Positions 1 to 9,969 of a stretch of 64,000 bases of DNA are shown piece by piece (position 1 is the stretch's first letter; every line of letters starts with the position of its first letter). The translations under genes were made by a program, and so were the position numbers. Origin of the DNA: an uncultured Bdellovibrionales bacterium (lineage in GTDB: Bacteria; Bdellovibrionota_C; UBA2361; SZUA-149; DAOLCO01). The notes beneath the pieces were generated by a model. That model worked only from the letters and a program-made list of their open reading frames with translations. It did no database searches and had not been told where the DNA came from. The stretch is from positions 69,066 through 133,065 of the forward strand of contig CAZTBW010000005.1 of NCBI GenBank assembly GCA_964612555.1. Direction: 5' to 3'.

Positions 1-673
1 CCTTTTGACCCGCCACTGCGTTAGGCATTTCCTTAAACCAGAAACCTATCAGGAGATAAGAACAAAGCCCCACCCCTTCCCAGCCAACAAACATCAATAA
101 AAGGCTATCACCCAGTACCAGTATCAACATCGCAGAAAGGAACATATTTAAATAAGAAAAGAATCGTGCCGGATGAGGGTCGTGAGACATATAGCCTATG
201 GCATAGAGATGAATCAAAGTGCCTATACCGGTAATAACAAGGCACATCATACCGGACAGATTGTCAAATCTGAATGCAAACGGCACCTCTAATCCACCAG
301 CCGAAATCCAGTTCCAGGCTTCAGCAACAACCGCATTTGTCCCATCAAGTTTTTGAAAAAGGATAAGGGAAATAACAAATGCTATAGCTGATACCATCGT
401 CGCAAGAATACCGGGAAAAGAACTTGAGTGGCTGCCGTCGTGATGATTCTCAGCAGCATGATCTTCTCCCACGTGGTCATGGTGCCCGTGATCACCATGA
501 GAATCATGGGAAGTATTACTTTTAGGGTTAGAAAGGGAACCGATCGTATATACAAGAACCGCCCCTACAAGTGGAACAAGAGGCAGGAGTAATAAAAGCG
601 GCTCTACCTGTAATGCCCCGGCAATAATGCCTTTTGGTAAATCGCTCGCTAATGTGGCTGTAATTTCATTCAT
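1..673 (-). CDS. nuoL: NADH-quinone oxidoreductase subunit L (N-terminal part; the gene runs off the window start)
   Basis: Reverse-complement translation from the ATG at 671-673 gives MNEITATL...LIHLYAIGYMSHDPHPARFFSYLNMFLSAMLILVLGDSLLLMFVGWEGVGLCSYLLIGFWF. This matches the conserved NuoL N-terminal block (E. coli LIHMYASWYM...LGWEGVGLCSYLLIGFYY). It sits directly downstream of nuoK. Confidence 0.85.
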   Translation of the reverse strand, partial: MNEITATLASDLPKGIIAGALQVEPLLLLLPLVPLVGAVLVYTIGSLSNPKSNTSHDSHGDHGHHDHVGEDHAAENHHDGSHSSSFPGILATMVSAIAFVISLILFQKLDGTNAVVAEAWNWISAGGLEVPFAFRFDNLSGMMCLVITGIGTLIHLYAIGYMSHDPHPARFFSYLNMFLSAMLILVLGDSLLLMFVGWEGVGLCSYLLIGFWFKEMPNAVAGQK

Positions 674-679
674 GCGTAG

Positions 680-982
680 TTAACCTGCAAGATCATGTAC
701 TTCTGAAACTTCAATACTGTAATAATTACGAAACACCGCAAGGATAATAGCAAGCCCAACCGCAGCTTCCGCCGCAGCAACCGCTATCACAAAAAACACA
801 AACACCTCTCCATTAAGGTCGCCAAAGGCAGTAGCAAGTGATACCAGAGAAAGATTTACCGCGTTAAGCATAAGCTCAATACACATAAACATGATAATGG
901 CATTTCTACGAGTCATCACCCCGAACACACCCAGGGTAAAAAGTATTGCCGATATAATTAAATAAAAATGCAAATGATCCAT
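680..982 (-). CDS. nuoK: NADH-quinone oxidoreductase subunit K
   Basis: 100-aa protein with three TM helices, the typical NuoK/ND4L size, positioned between nuoJ and nuoL. Confidence 0.85.
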   Translation of the reverse strand: MDHLHFYLIISAILFTLGVFGVMTRRNAIIMFMCIELMLNAVNLSLVSLATAFGDLNGEVFVFFVIAVAAAEAAVGLAIILAVFRNYYSIEVSEVHDLAG

Positions 983-1012
983 AATATAAATTCAGCTATA
1001 GTTATGCACCCA

Positions 1013-1630
1013 CTACTTTGTCGCTGATTTGTCCTCCGCATTAAATTTCTCACGTACTGCACGAAGCCCTCTTCCGGGAAGAAGTGATTTTTCCTTGGGA
1101 AATGAAAGAAGAGCCGCACCAATAATCGCAGCTAAAAGAAGCACCCCGGTAGCCTGAAAAGCCACGATATGATCTTTTAGTAAATATATCCCAAACTGAT
1201 ATACTGCCCCGCTCCGGCTTTCATCCAGAACAGGAGCTGAAGCACCTGCCAATGAATCTGGTTCGGCAGAATAAATAACGGAAGTACTGTCATATCCCGA
1301 AATCAGAAAATAAAGCACCGAAACAAAAATAACTGAAAAGACAAACCCGACATACGCCGGAACAGGGTAACCTACTTTTTCAGCATCTCGCTCTACCCCA
1401 AGAAGCATAATAACAAAAACCACAAGAATCATGATCGCCCCTGCATAAACCAGCACCTGTATCATCGCGATAAAGTCGGCACTCATCAAGGCAAATTGAC
1501 CGGCTATAAGAACCATAGTGGCAACAAGACAGAGTGCGCTGTTAAGACTCTTTCGTGACACTACCACCCCAATGGCGGAAAGCACGCTGAGAAATCCAAA
1601 CAGATAAACAAACAAATCTTTTACGGTCAT
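1013..1630 (-). CDS. nuoJ: NADH-quinone oxidoreductase subunit J
   Basis: 205-aa polytopic membrane protein immediately after nuoH in nuo gene order. Size and hydrophobicity fit NuoJ/ND6. Confidence 0.75.
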   Translation of the reverse strand: MTVKDLFVYLFGFLSVLSAIGVVVSRKSLNSALCLVATMVLIAGQFALMSADFIAMIQVLVYAGAIMILVVFVIMLLGVERDAEKVGYPVPAYVGFVFSVIFVSVLYFLISGYDSTSVIYSAEPDSLAGASAPVLDESRSGAVYQFGIYLLKDHIVAFQATGVLLLAAIIGAALLSFPKEKSLLPGRGLRAVREKFNAEDKSATK

Positions 1631-1664
1631 AGTCCCTTACACTCTATTCTTTTGCTTTCAGTCT

Positions 1665-2795
1665 TTACCATAAGGCAACAACCGCCGCAGTAAGTAGTAC
1701 GTTGGCAATAGCAACAGGAAGCATAATCTTCCAACACAAAGTAATTAACTGATCATATCTGAAACGTGGAAGAGTCCATCTGATAACAACCTGTAGCACA
1801 CAGAAAAAAGCAACCTTTGCTCCAAACACAGATGCTCCAATAAGCGGAGGTAGCAGACTTCCGATATCAAAAGGAAATAGCGAGCCAATTGCGGTATCTT
1901 TTAAAGACACACTCATGGTAGCAAGATCATAATAAGGAAGCTGCCAGCCTCCAAAGAAAAGGACTACCACAATCGCAGAAGCAACTACGATTTCTGCAAA
2001 CTCACCAAGCCAAAACAAAAGAAACTTCATGCCGGAATATTCAGTAAAATAACCAGCAGCAAGCTCTGACTCACTCTCGGGAAGATCAAAAGGAGCACGC
2101 TTGGTTTCAGCCATTGCCGAAGTAAAGAAAATAATGAACGCAACAAAGTTCAAGGGGAAAAACATAAAGATACCCCAGTTGGGTATGAAACCAAGAATAG
2201 TTCCTGTCTGAAGCGCCACAATCTTGTTAAAATCAAGTGTCTGATAAATAGCAAGCACCCCAAGGATACTTAAACCAAAGGTTATTTCATAAGAAATCAT
2301 CTGCGCTGAAGCACGAAGACTTCCAAAAAGGGAGAATTTGTTTCTGGATACCCACCCTGCAAGCACCGTCCCGTAAACCGCAAGAGAACCCATAGCAAAG
2401 ACAAAAAGCATTGCGACATTTAAATTTACAAGCTGCAAGGATATTTCCCTTGTTTCAAGCTTGATTGGAGGACCAAAGGGAACCACCGCCATTGCAAGAA
2501 TCACAGGAAACACTCCCATGAATGGCGCAAGGCTGTGCATAAACTGACTCACCCCTTTTGGAACAAAATCTTCTTTAAAAAGCGCCTTTACCGGATCGCA
2601 CACCAGAGTATTAAGAATACCTGCCAGATCAAAACCAAAAATGCTTGCCCGGTTTGCTCCCACACGATTCTGAATAAGCGCTGCCCCCTTTCTCTCAACC
2701 CAGGTGGTAAGCGCAGCAAGTTTCAACACCGCTCCCATAACAAAAGCGGCTTTAATGATCACAATAAAAATATCAAGAAAACTAAGCGTATTCAT
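1665..2795 (-). CDS. nuoH: NADH-quinone oxidoreductase subunit H
   Basis: 376-aa membrane protein with NuoH/ND1-like motifs (ERKGAALIQNRVGANR, YEITFGLSILGV). Overlaps the nuoG stop. Confidence 0.9.
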   Translation of the reverse strand: MNTLSFLDIFIVIIKAAFVMGAVLKLAALTTWVERKGAALIQNRVGANRASIFGFDLAGILNTLVCDPVKALFKEDFVPKGVSQFMHSLAPFMGVFPVILAMAVVPFGPPIKLETREISLQLVNLNVAMLFVFAMGSLAVYGTVLAGWVSRNKFSLFGSLRASAQMISYEITFGLSILGVLAIYQTLDFNKIVALQTGTILGFIPNWGIFMFFPLNFVAFIIFFTSAMAETKRAPFDLPESESELAAGYFTEYSGMKFLLFWLGEFAEIVVASAIVVVLFFGGWQLPYYDLATMSVSLKDTAIGSLFPFDIGSLLPPLIGASVFGAKVAFFCVLQVVIRWTLPRFRYDQLITLCWKIMLPVAIANVLLTAAVVALW

Positions 2796-4503
2796 GGCTT
2801 CCCTCTACCGCATGTGGACGAACGCTACAATCCTCAAACCCTATTCCCAAAGACCCGATATCCCGAAGGCTGATTCCCCCAAGCGCAGGAACAGCTGCTA
2901 CGAGTTCCCTGAAAAGATCACGCTCTCCTCCTACAGAAGCTGAACATAAAGATACACCCAGAGAACTTGCCACTTTCTGTAAGAGTAGCCAATCAGGAGT
3001 CGTTCCCACCGGCGGAGTAAGAAGGCGATTAAGTTTTTGTAACCGAAGGTCACTATTAACCATAACCCCGGATTTTTCGTGTACCGATTGTGAAGGGAGA
3101 ATCACTTTACATAACTGATGTGCACCAAGTGATTCGACTTCCTTATCATCATCACTGATCACCCCACGTGGGGTAATTGCAAGACTATCCGGTATGTGAA
3201 GGATGTTCTTAATCAAAACCTCATCCAGATCCTCATCCATCAGACTGTTAAATCCATACAGTACCAGTTTCTTTATCACCCCTGCCCTGATCTGCTCAAG
3301 CAGGCGATCATACTGGGATTCAAAACTCGCACGCCAGTCAGACATATCTGAAAGATACCCAAAAAGCTGAGCAGCACGGGCATTAGGAGCATAATCCGGA
3401 CTCACCAAAATCTTTTCAAGATCGCTAAGCTTTCTTCTTCTAAGCGCTACCGCAATCTGGGAATGAGAATCTGCTTCAATTCCAAGTACTTTTTTTGCAA
3501 AAGCAAAACCAAGCCACATTTCTTCAAGAGTCAAAAATGGTGAAATAAGTATCGCTGCTTCATCAGGAGATTTCGTTTTAAATCCCGAGAGTGCGGCGCT
3601 CACCTCCTCCCAGTTCTTTTCCTGAAGATAGTCTCCATCACGGACCAGTGGAGCAGAAAGTCTCACCTTTGGTTGAAATCTATTAAAACCGTACCGACCT
3701 TCATCACACATCCACTCTTTATTAACGTCAGAATTCAGACGTCCTTTTACTTGAACAATGGTATCATCCCGAACCGCAACCCGAACATTACATCCTGTTG
3801 AACAGCCGGTACAAATCGAATCTTCAATACCGGAATACCATATTCGAGAATTAAATCTCCACCTGCGATGCGTTAACGCACCTACCGGACAAAGATCAAC
3901 AGTCACTCCCGAAAATGGATTATCAAGTGGTTTATCTTCATGGATGGCTATTACCGTACGATCCCCACGGTTCAAAACGCTCAATTCACCTGTTTCTGTA
4001 ACTTCATCACAAAAACGAACACATCTGGTACATACGATACAACGCTCGCCGTCATATATAACTTCTCTACCAAGTACTTCAGCTTTCACTTTATGAACTT
4101 TTTCTTCAATAAAACGTGAAGCTTTCCTGTTATACTCGTAATAGTAATCCTGTAACTTGCAATGACCCGCCTGATCACACACCGTACAGTCCAGAGGATG
4201 GTTAATCAGCAGAAATTCCATTGTTGCACGTTGGGCATCTTCCACTTCGGAACTGGTGTTATGTGTGTACACCACCATCCCTTCCTGAGACCCGGTATTA
4301 CAGCCAATGGTAAGCTTCGGAGCTCCTTCCAGCTTGACCTGACACATCCTGCAATTACCGGCAATGCTCAGATGCTTGTGGTAACAATAATAAGGAATTT
4401 CTATCCCCACAGAAAGTGCCGCTTCAATCAGGTTAGTACCCTTGGGTACCCGAACTTCCTTCCCATCAATTGTAAGCGTTACCAAATCCACTGCTTCAGA
4501 CAT
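2782..4503 (-). CDS. nuoG: NADH-quinone oxidoreductase subunit G (short form, about 573 aa). The ORF-track start at 4575 is probably too far upstream; I place the start at the MSEAVDLV... ATG at 4503, overlapping the nuoF stop by 8 nt.
   Basis: N-terminal 2Fe-2S ferredoxin motif (CYHKHLSIAGNCRMCQV) followed by 4Fe-4S Cys motifs (CDQAGHC, CIVCTRCVRFC), matching NuoG architecture. Confidence 0.85.
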   Translation of the reverse strand: MSEAVDLVTLTIDGKEVRVPKGTNLIEAALSVGIEIPYYCYHKHLSIAGNCRMCQVKLEGAPKLTIGCNTGSQEGMVVYTHNTSSEVEDAQRATMEFLLINHPLDCTVCDQAGHCKLQDYYYEYNRKASRFIEEKVHKVKAEVLGREVIYDGERCIVCTRCVRFCDEVTETGELSVLNRGDRTVIAIHEDKPLDNPFSGVTVDLCPVGALTHRRWRFNSRIWYSGIEDSICTGCSTGCNVRVAVRDDTIVQVKGRLNSDVNKEWMCDEGRYGFNRFQPKVRLSAPLVRDGDYLQEKNWEEVSAALSGFKTKSPDEAAILISPFLTLEEMWLGFAFAKKVLGIEADSHSQIAVALRRRKLSDLEKILVSPDYAPNARAAQLFGYLSDMSDWRASFESQYDRLLEQIRAGVIKKLVLYGFNSLMDEDLDEVLIKNILHIPDSLAITPRGVISDDDKEVESLGAHQLCKVILPSQSVHEKSGVMVNSDLRLQKLNRLLTPPVGTTPDWLLLQKVASSLGVSLCSASVGGERDLFRELVAAVPALGGISLRDIGSLGIGFEDCSVRPHAVEGSHEYA

Positions 4504-5782
4504 ACATAGCTCCTGATTCCGAGTCATATGCGCGCTCAATATACATTTGAAACTCTTCGGGAAACTTTTTAACAAAACTTAAGACCGGTGTTATCAAAGC
4601 ATCTCCAAAGGGACAAATGGTGTGACCACCTATTTGAGAGGTAATACTCTTCAAAAGAGAAATATCAGAGGCACTACCATCTCCATCCATTATTCTTTGC
4701 ACAATTTTCTCTACCCAGTGAGCACCTTCCCGACAGGGAGTACACTGCCCGCAAGACTCATGAGTATAAAAATGTTGGAGATTAAGACAGGCTTCTACCA
4801 TATTAGTGGAGTCATCCATTACGATAAAACCGCCGGAACCAAGCATCGAGCCTGCCCCTGCAATGGATTCATAATCAAGACGTACCCCTTCAAGTTCATC
4901 AGCACGAAGCACAGGCACAGAAGACCCCCCGGGTATTATTGCCTTAAGACTGTGTCCATCCCGAATACCACCACACTCCTGTTCCAGAAAATCAAGAACA
5001 GAGTATCCAAGATCAACTTCGTACACACCAGGCTTTCTAATATGCCCTGAAGCACTGAAAAGTTTCGTTCCGGGAGATTTTTCAGTCCCGATTTTTGCGT
5101 ATGCAGCTCCACCATTGGTAATTATCCAGGGAAGTGCCGCAAGAGTTTCGGTATTATTCACCACAGTAGGACATCCGTATAGCCCCATCACCGCAGGGAA
5201 AGGAGGTTTTATCCTTGGCTGCCCCTTGTTACCTTCAAGGCTTTCAATAAGACCGGTTTCTTCCCCGCAGATATAAGCACCTGCTCCACGATGAACCACA
5301 ATATCAAGTGAAAAATCAGTTCCAAAAATATTTTTACCAAGATACCCCTTATCGTAAGCCTGGCGAATCGCGCGCTCCATACAAATCACCGGGTAGGCAT
5401 ACTCTCCCCTGATATATACACACGACCAGTTCACACCAAGTGCCCAAGCCGCAATGATCATCCCCTCAATACACAAATGAGGATCACGCTCCAACAGAAC
5501 ACGGTCTTTAAAAGTACCGGGCTCACTCTCATCGGCATTGTTAAGGAGGTAGATTGGCTTTCCGGTATTCTTCGGAACAAATCCCCATTTCACCCCTGTT
5601 GGAAACCCCGCACCTCCTCTTCCCCGAAGTCCGGATGTTTTTACCTCAGCAATAACATCCTCAGGACTTCTCTTAAGTGCTTCACGGGCAGCCTGATACC
5701 CTCCCCTTTTTTCAAACGCTTCGATCTCATGCTGATCATCATGGTCGACATTTGCAGTTAAAATTTTGTGATGTGATGCCAT
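4496..5782 (-). CDS. nuoF: NADH-quinone oxidoreductase subunit F (51 kDa, NADH/FMN-binding)
   Basis: GAGAYICGEETGLIESLEG (FMN/NADH site) and the C-terminal 4Fe-4S motif ESCGQCTPCREG. Confidence 0.92.
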   Translation of the reverse strand: MASHHKILTANVDHDDQHEIEAFEKRGGYQAAREALKRSPEDVIAEVKTSGLRGRGGAGFPTGVKWGFVPKNTGKPIYLLNNADESEPGTFKDRVLLERDPHLCIEGMIIAAWALGVNWSCVYIRGEYAYPVICMERAIRQAYDKGYLGKNIFGTDFSLDIVVHRGAGAYICGEETGLIESLEGNKGQPRIKPPFPAVMGLYGCPTVVNNTETLAALPWIITNGGAAYAKIGTEKSPGTKLFSASGHIRKPGVYEVDLGYSVLDFLEQECGGIRDGHSLKAIIPGGSSVPVLRADELEGVRLDYESIAGAGSMLGSGGFIVMDDSTNMVEACLNLQHFYTHESCGQCTPCREGAHWVEKIVQRIMDGDGSASDISLLKSITSQIGGHTICPFGDALITPVLSFVKKFPEEFQMYIERAYDSESGAMYV

Positions 5783-5815
5783 ATTAAAATCTGCTTCTAA
5801 TTTGCGCCTTTTGCA

Positions 5816-6487
5816 CTAACTCTGACTTTCTACTTTCCATACTTGTGAACGAGTACGCGATGGCAAACCCTCACCAAGCATACCTTCTCCGGTCGCTTTC
5901 TGCCCGGTGTGGAATCTGAGATCAGGCATTTCTTTTTTGATGGTATCCATCAACTCAGCAAGGGACTGAGGAGTAAGATATTCAAAAAATACATCATTGA
6001 TCTCCACCATAGGAGCCGAACCACAACTGCCCAAACACTCAACCTCTTCCCAACTCCACAGCCCGTCATCACTCACCTCACCGGGAGCTATCCCAAGCCG
6101 CTCTATAAGAAAAGCCGAAATATCTTTTGCACCGCAGAGCATACAGCTTAAAGTTCTGCATACCTGAATATGATATTTCCCTACCGGTCTCTTGTAATAC
6201 ATGGTGTAAAAGGTAGCTACTGACTCCACATGAGAAGGAGGAAGAGAAAGTTCTTCGGCGACCCACTGCACTGCTTCCTTACTCACCCACCCAAAATGCT
6301 CCTGCACCATATATAAGGCGGGCATAATCGCAGATTTTTTCTTTGGATAGCGAGCCACAATAACCTGAAGTTTCTTTTTCAAATCCTGCGGAATCAAAGA
6401 AGACACACCCTCTTCAGCAGCAGAAACAAAAGTATGTTTACCTATTATGCCTAAACCACTTGCCATACTACCTATCGCACTCTCCAC
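5816..6487 (-). CDS. nuoE: NADH-quinone oxidoreductase subunit E (24 kDa, 2Fe-2S). The start may instead be at M8 (6466).
   Basis: Thioredoxin-like 2Fe-2S motifs CRTLSCMLCG and CLGSCGSAPM. Confidence 0.88.
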   Translation of the reverse strand: MESAIGSMASGLGIIGKHTFVSAAEEGVSSLIPQDLKKKLQVIVARYPKKKSAIMPALYMVQEHFGWVSKEAVQWVAEELSLPPSHVESVATFYTMYYKRPVGKYHIQVCRTLSCMLCGAKDISAFLIERLGIAPGEVSDDGLWSWEEVECLGSCGSAPMVEINDVFFEYLTPQSLAELMDTIKKEMPDLRFHTGQKATGEGMLGEGLPSRTRSQVWKVESQS

Positions 6488-7685
6488 CGATCATGTTAAT
6501 CATACCAAAAAGCGGGACTATGTCAGCAACGGCATGCCCTTCTATCAAAGGACCAAAAATACCCATCGCAATAAAACATGGTGGTCTGATTCTTACCCTG
6601 TAAGGATGCCCCGTCCCATCTGAAACCACATAAAATCCCAACTCTCCGTTTCCACCCTCAACCGGGAAATATATATCCCCTTTTGGTGGCTTGATTCCTC
6701 CAAAGACTATTTCAAACTGGCTGATCATCCCTTCAATAGAATTATACACTTCATCTTTTGGGGGAAGGATAATATGAGGATCGTCAACCTTGATCGCTCC
6801 TCCCGGCAATTTTGTCATTGCCTGTTCAACAATTTTCATTGACTCAAAAATTTCATTCAGCCTGACAAGAAAGCGATCAAGATTATCACCCTTGGTACCG
6901 ACCGGAACCTCAAAGTCAAAATGATCATAACTGGAATAAGGAAATGCTTTTCTTACATCATACTTCACCCCGCTCGCACGCGCGACGGGACCGGTAAGAC
7001 TATACGAAATCGCTTCATCGGCAGCGATAATACCAATATCCTTCATTCGATCATGAAAGATTCTATTTCGCTCCAAAAGACGATCAGCATCAGCAAGATG
7101 AATTCTGATTTTTTCAAGTACTTTCTTCAAATCATCTGCAAATCCCTGAGGAAGATCATCTCTCAAACCACCAACACGGGTATAAGAAATAGTAAGTCGG
7201 GCTCCGGTTACTTTTTCTATAAGCTCATATAGATCTTCTCGTGCCTGCATAAGATAAAGCATCACGGTAAAGGCGCCCAGTTCCATTGCGGCAGCACCAA
7301 GACAGGTAAGATGATCGCACATTCTTGAAAGTTCGCTCATTATCACCCGTATATATTGAGCACGAAGGGGAACTTCCACTTCAAACATTTTTTCGATCGC
7401 AATAACCCAACCCACATTATTTATAATCGGGGAAACATAATTAAGGCGGTCAGTGTATGGTATCACCTGATTATAATCACAGTGTTCACACTGCTTTTCA
7501 AAACCACGATGAAGATATCCAACATCAACATCGCAGCGTTCGATTCGCTCCCCATCCAGTTCAAGAATAAGCCGAACCGTACCATGGGTCGCAGGGTGTG
7601 CAGGACCCATGTTAAGAATCATGGTCTTACTGTGAAGCGCATCATCGAGTTCTCTGGAAACCCAGTCGTTACTAACCTCAGCCAT
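6468..7685 (-). CDS. nuoD: NADH-quinone oxidoreductase subunit D (49 kDa)
   Basis: 405 aa, NuoD-like throughout (MILNMGPAHPATHGTVRL near the N terminus, ...IGGECDR at the C terminus). Confidence 0.92.
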   Translation of the reverse strand: MAEVSNDWVSRELDDALHSKTMILNMGPAHPATHGTVRLILELDGERIERCDVDVGYLHRGFEKQCEHCDYNQVIPYTDRLNYVSPIINNVGWVIAIEKMFEVEVPLRAQYIRVIMSELSRMCDHLTCLGAAAMELGAFTVMLYLMQAREDLYELIEKVTGARLTISYTRVGGLRDDLPQGFADDLKKVLEKIRIHLADADRLLERNRIFHDRMKDIGIIAADEAISYSLTGPVARASGVKYDVRKAFPYSSYDHFDFEVPVGTKGDNLDRFLVRLNEIFESMKIVEQAMTKLPGGAIKVDDPHIILPPKDEVYNSIEGMISQFEIVFGGIKPPKGDIYFPVEGGNGELGFYVVSDGTGHPYRVRIRPPCFIAMGIFGPLIEGHAVADIVPLFGMINMIGGECDR

Positions 7686-8335
7686 CAGAGACCTCCCTCC
7701 TTTAGGTGCCCTCTTTTAACTGACAAAGCAGGCATACCAACCAGCTGTTCTCTGGAAAGATCGGCAGAAGTATTTCTAAGCTCGGGAACGCGCAGTTTCA
7801 CACGAGGTTGTTTTCCCCGTAAAGGATAATCTTTCCTGAGTGGATGACCTACAAACTCGTCATACATCAGTATTCGTCTCAGATCTCCATGCCCCTCAAA
7901 CTCAACACCGAAAAGATCATACACTTCTCTTTCAAGGAAATTCGCTCCAGCCCATACATCACGCACCGAAGCTACTTTGGGAGAGGACTCCGGCAGTCTC
8001 ACTTTAATGCACACACGATGCATATGAACCAGACTAAGGAGCTGGTACACGACCTCGAAACGCTTCTCCTGTGCATCAAGCCAGTCAACGCAGGTAACAT
8101 CAATCAGCATGTTAAATGCCAAAGAAGGGTCATCTTTAAGAGACGTCATTATGCTGTGAAAAGAATCCGGCTCCGTCACTTCAAAAGAAAGCCCATATTC
8201 CTTCCACGCATGCGAATCGGTCTTTCTCAGCTTACCCGTAAAAGTACTAACAAGTGTCTCCTCAAGAACTCTCTGTACTTCAGGAATCTCACCCGACTTT
8301 TCAGCTTCCTTATCTATATGTTCTGACACACTCAA
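7685..8335 (-). CDS. nuoC: NADH-quinone oxidoreductase subunit C (30 kDa)
   Basis: 216 aa with NuoC-type core (FEVVYQLLSL...LMYDEFVGHPLRKDYPL). It is the first gene of the cluster, with an AT-rich promoter region upstream at 8336-8537. Confidence 0.85.
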   Translation of the reverse strand: MSVSEHIDKEAEKSGEIPEVQRVLEETLVSTFTGKLRKTDSHAWKEYGLSFEVTEPDSFHSIMTSLKDDPSLAFNMLIDVTCVDWLDAQEKRFEVVYQLLSLVHMHRVCIKVRLPESSPKVASVRDVWAGANFLEREVYDLFGVEFEGHGDLRRILMYDEFVGHPLRKDYPLRGKQPRVKLRVPELRNTSADLSREQLVGMPALSVKRGHLKEGGL

Positions 8336-8537
8336 ACTCTATATAATACTAAAATAATAAAGAAATATATTTTTAATTATTCTATGTAGAAATGACTATT
8401 TAGCAAATGTAAAATTATAAAAACACTTTAATTCCCAAATATTTCACTAATACACAATTGGATTATAGAAAAGGGGGTATTTCAGAATAAGATACTAATA
8501 CAGAGTTGAAATAAAACTTGAAAAATTGTCCGGGGGT
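8336..8537 (-). promoter_or_regulatory. AT-rich promoter/leader region of the nuoC-L operon
   Basis: A 200-bp strongly AT-rich non-coding stretch immediately upstream of nuoC. The flanking gene 8538-9719 is on the same strand but unrelated. Confidence 0.4.
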
Positions 8538-9719
8538 CTATAGTCGGGCAACTTTTCTCAGTGTGTCATCTGCAAGACCAAGTTCTTTAAGAAAGGCATG
8601 TACTTTGTGGGCAGTACCCTCTGCGATGAGTTGTTCAATGTGTCCTTCATTAAGCCAGTGAATACGTGGAGCACCCCAGTGCTTCCAGAGTGCTTCTGCA
8701 TGGGAAGAAGGAACTATCTCATCATTCCTTCCCGCAATAAGTAAAACTTTACTTTTATCCATGGCAAGTGAGTACGAAAGAGGACTACTCACTGCAAAAC
8801 CTCTTTCCAGTAGTTCCCTTGAAATGCCTGCCGCAATCAGCCGATCTGCAAGTGCAGCACCCTCTACCTGTGCCCATATAAAATCTGCCAGAGAAACCAG
8901 AGGTGCAACACAAATAGAAGCCTCAAGTTTATCAAGAGAAGACCACAATGAGGTTACCTGTGCTCCCAGACTAAGCCCCACAGAAAGTACCGGCTTATCA
9001 CTCTCTCGTCTGAGCCATTCCCTGATACCTCTCAGTTCGTATATTGCCTGAGCAAAGCTTTCATTGGTGCAGGCTGGATCAATCCCTGGAAACATTTTTG
9101 TTGGGAGGAATGTTTCAGGTTTTCTCAAACCATGAAAGGGAAGCTCAAACACCACCACATCAAGACCCATTCGATAGAAAAATCCGGGAACCAGTGTCAA
9201 CGCACTTGCTTTCTCATCCCCCATCATCCACGCATGAACCGCAATGACAGTACCGTGAGACTCTTCTCTTGTATGTTTCCAGTACTTCGCCCGAACCATA
9301 TTCCAGCGAGGTTCAACAAGAAGTCGTTCCTTATACCCGGGGTACATCGGCTCAAAGGAACTTCTAAATGAAAGCTCAGACACCTCCCCGGAACTTAACG
9401 GCACCGGAGATGACACACAAACCAGGGGAACACTATCCGGAACTCTGAAAAATAATTCAGGAATCTTATCAAGCGAGGCATTGGAAAAATAATTAAAAGC
9501 TGAAATCAGTTCGGGTATGGACGCCTCAAGCACATCTTCAGATATTTTTGGAATCTTGAAGCTTGCATTAAGTCGTTTCAGAAATTTCAGTAGAAGGTCT
9601 TCCTTACTAAGGGTCAACTCCTCCACCGAACTAAAACTGGTCACCGCCCTCGGGTACGAGCAAGACTCACCCTCTAAAGCTTCCTGTTTTAAATGTATTG
9701 CTTTCTCACTACTTTTCAA
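8538..9719 (-). CDS. alpha/beta-hydrolase fold protein with an N-terminal extra domain
   Basis: Nucleophile elbow GLSLGAQV (GxSxG) and general alpha/beta-hydrolase spacing. No specific family recognised. Confidence 0.5.
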   Translation of the reverse strand: MKSSEKAIHLKQEALEGESCSYPRAVTSFSSVEELTLSKEDLLLKFLKRLNASFKIPKISEDVLEASIPELISAFNYFSNASLDKIPELFFRVPDSVPLVCVSSPVPLSSGEVSELSFRSSFEPMYPGYKERLLVEPRWNMVRAKYWKHTREESHGTVIAVHAWMMGDEKASALTLVPGFFYRMGLDVVVFELPFHGLRKPETFLPTKMFPGIDPACTNESFAQAIYELRGIREWLRRESDKPVLSVGLSLGAQVTSLWSSLDKLEASICVAPLVSLADFIWAQVEGAALADRLIAAGISRELLERGFAVSSPLSYSLAMDKSKVLLIAGRNDEIVPSSHAEALWKHWGAPRIHWLNEGHIEQLIAEGTAHKVHAFLKELGLADDTLRKVARL

Positions 9720-9969
9720 ATTCTGAACGCCTGCTCAATTACACCCATATCACACAGATATCGTCACAAACACTGAAAAACATTACAAAGGGAATATAGA
9801 TAGGAATGCTTATTGGGAAGTGTTTAGAGTCGAACTCAAGCGGACTGAGGGCACATGAGTAAACATCCAAACCAAAGAACACCCGTCCCGAGGGAGCCAT
9901 TTGACTCTGAACACTTCCCAATAAGCATTCCTACCGCCAGAGACTCTTCTCTAAACACAGAACAAACAC

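Noticed and set aside
2535-4509. Several plus-strand ORFs of 79-115 aa (2535-2873, 2704-2943, 3758-4096, 4162-4509) antisense to nuoH and nuoG
   Set aside because: They lie entirely inside well-conserved complex I genes on the opposite strand, have no RBS context and give low-complexity translations. They are typical shadow ORFs.
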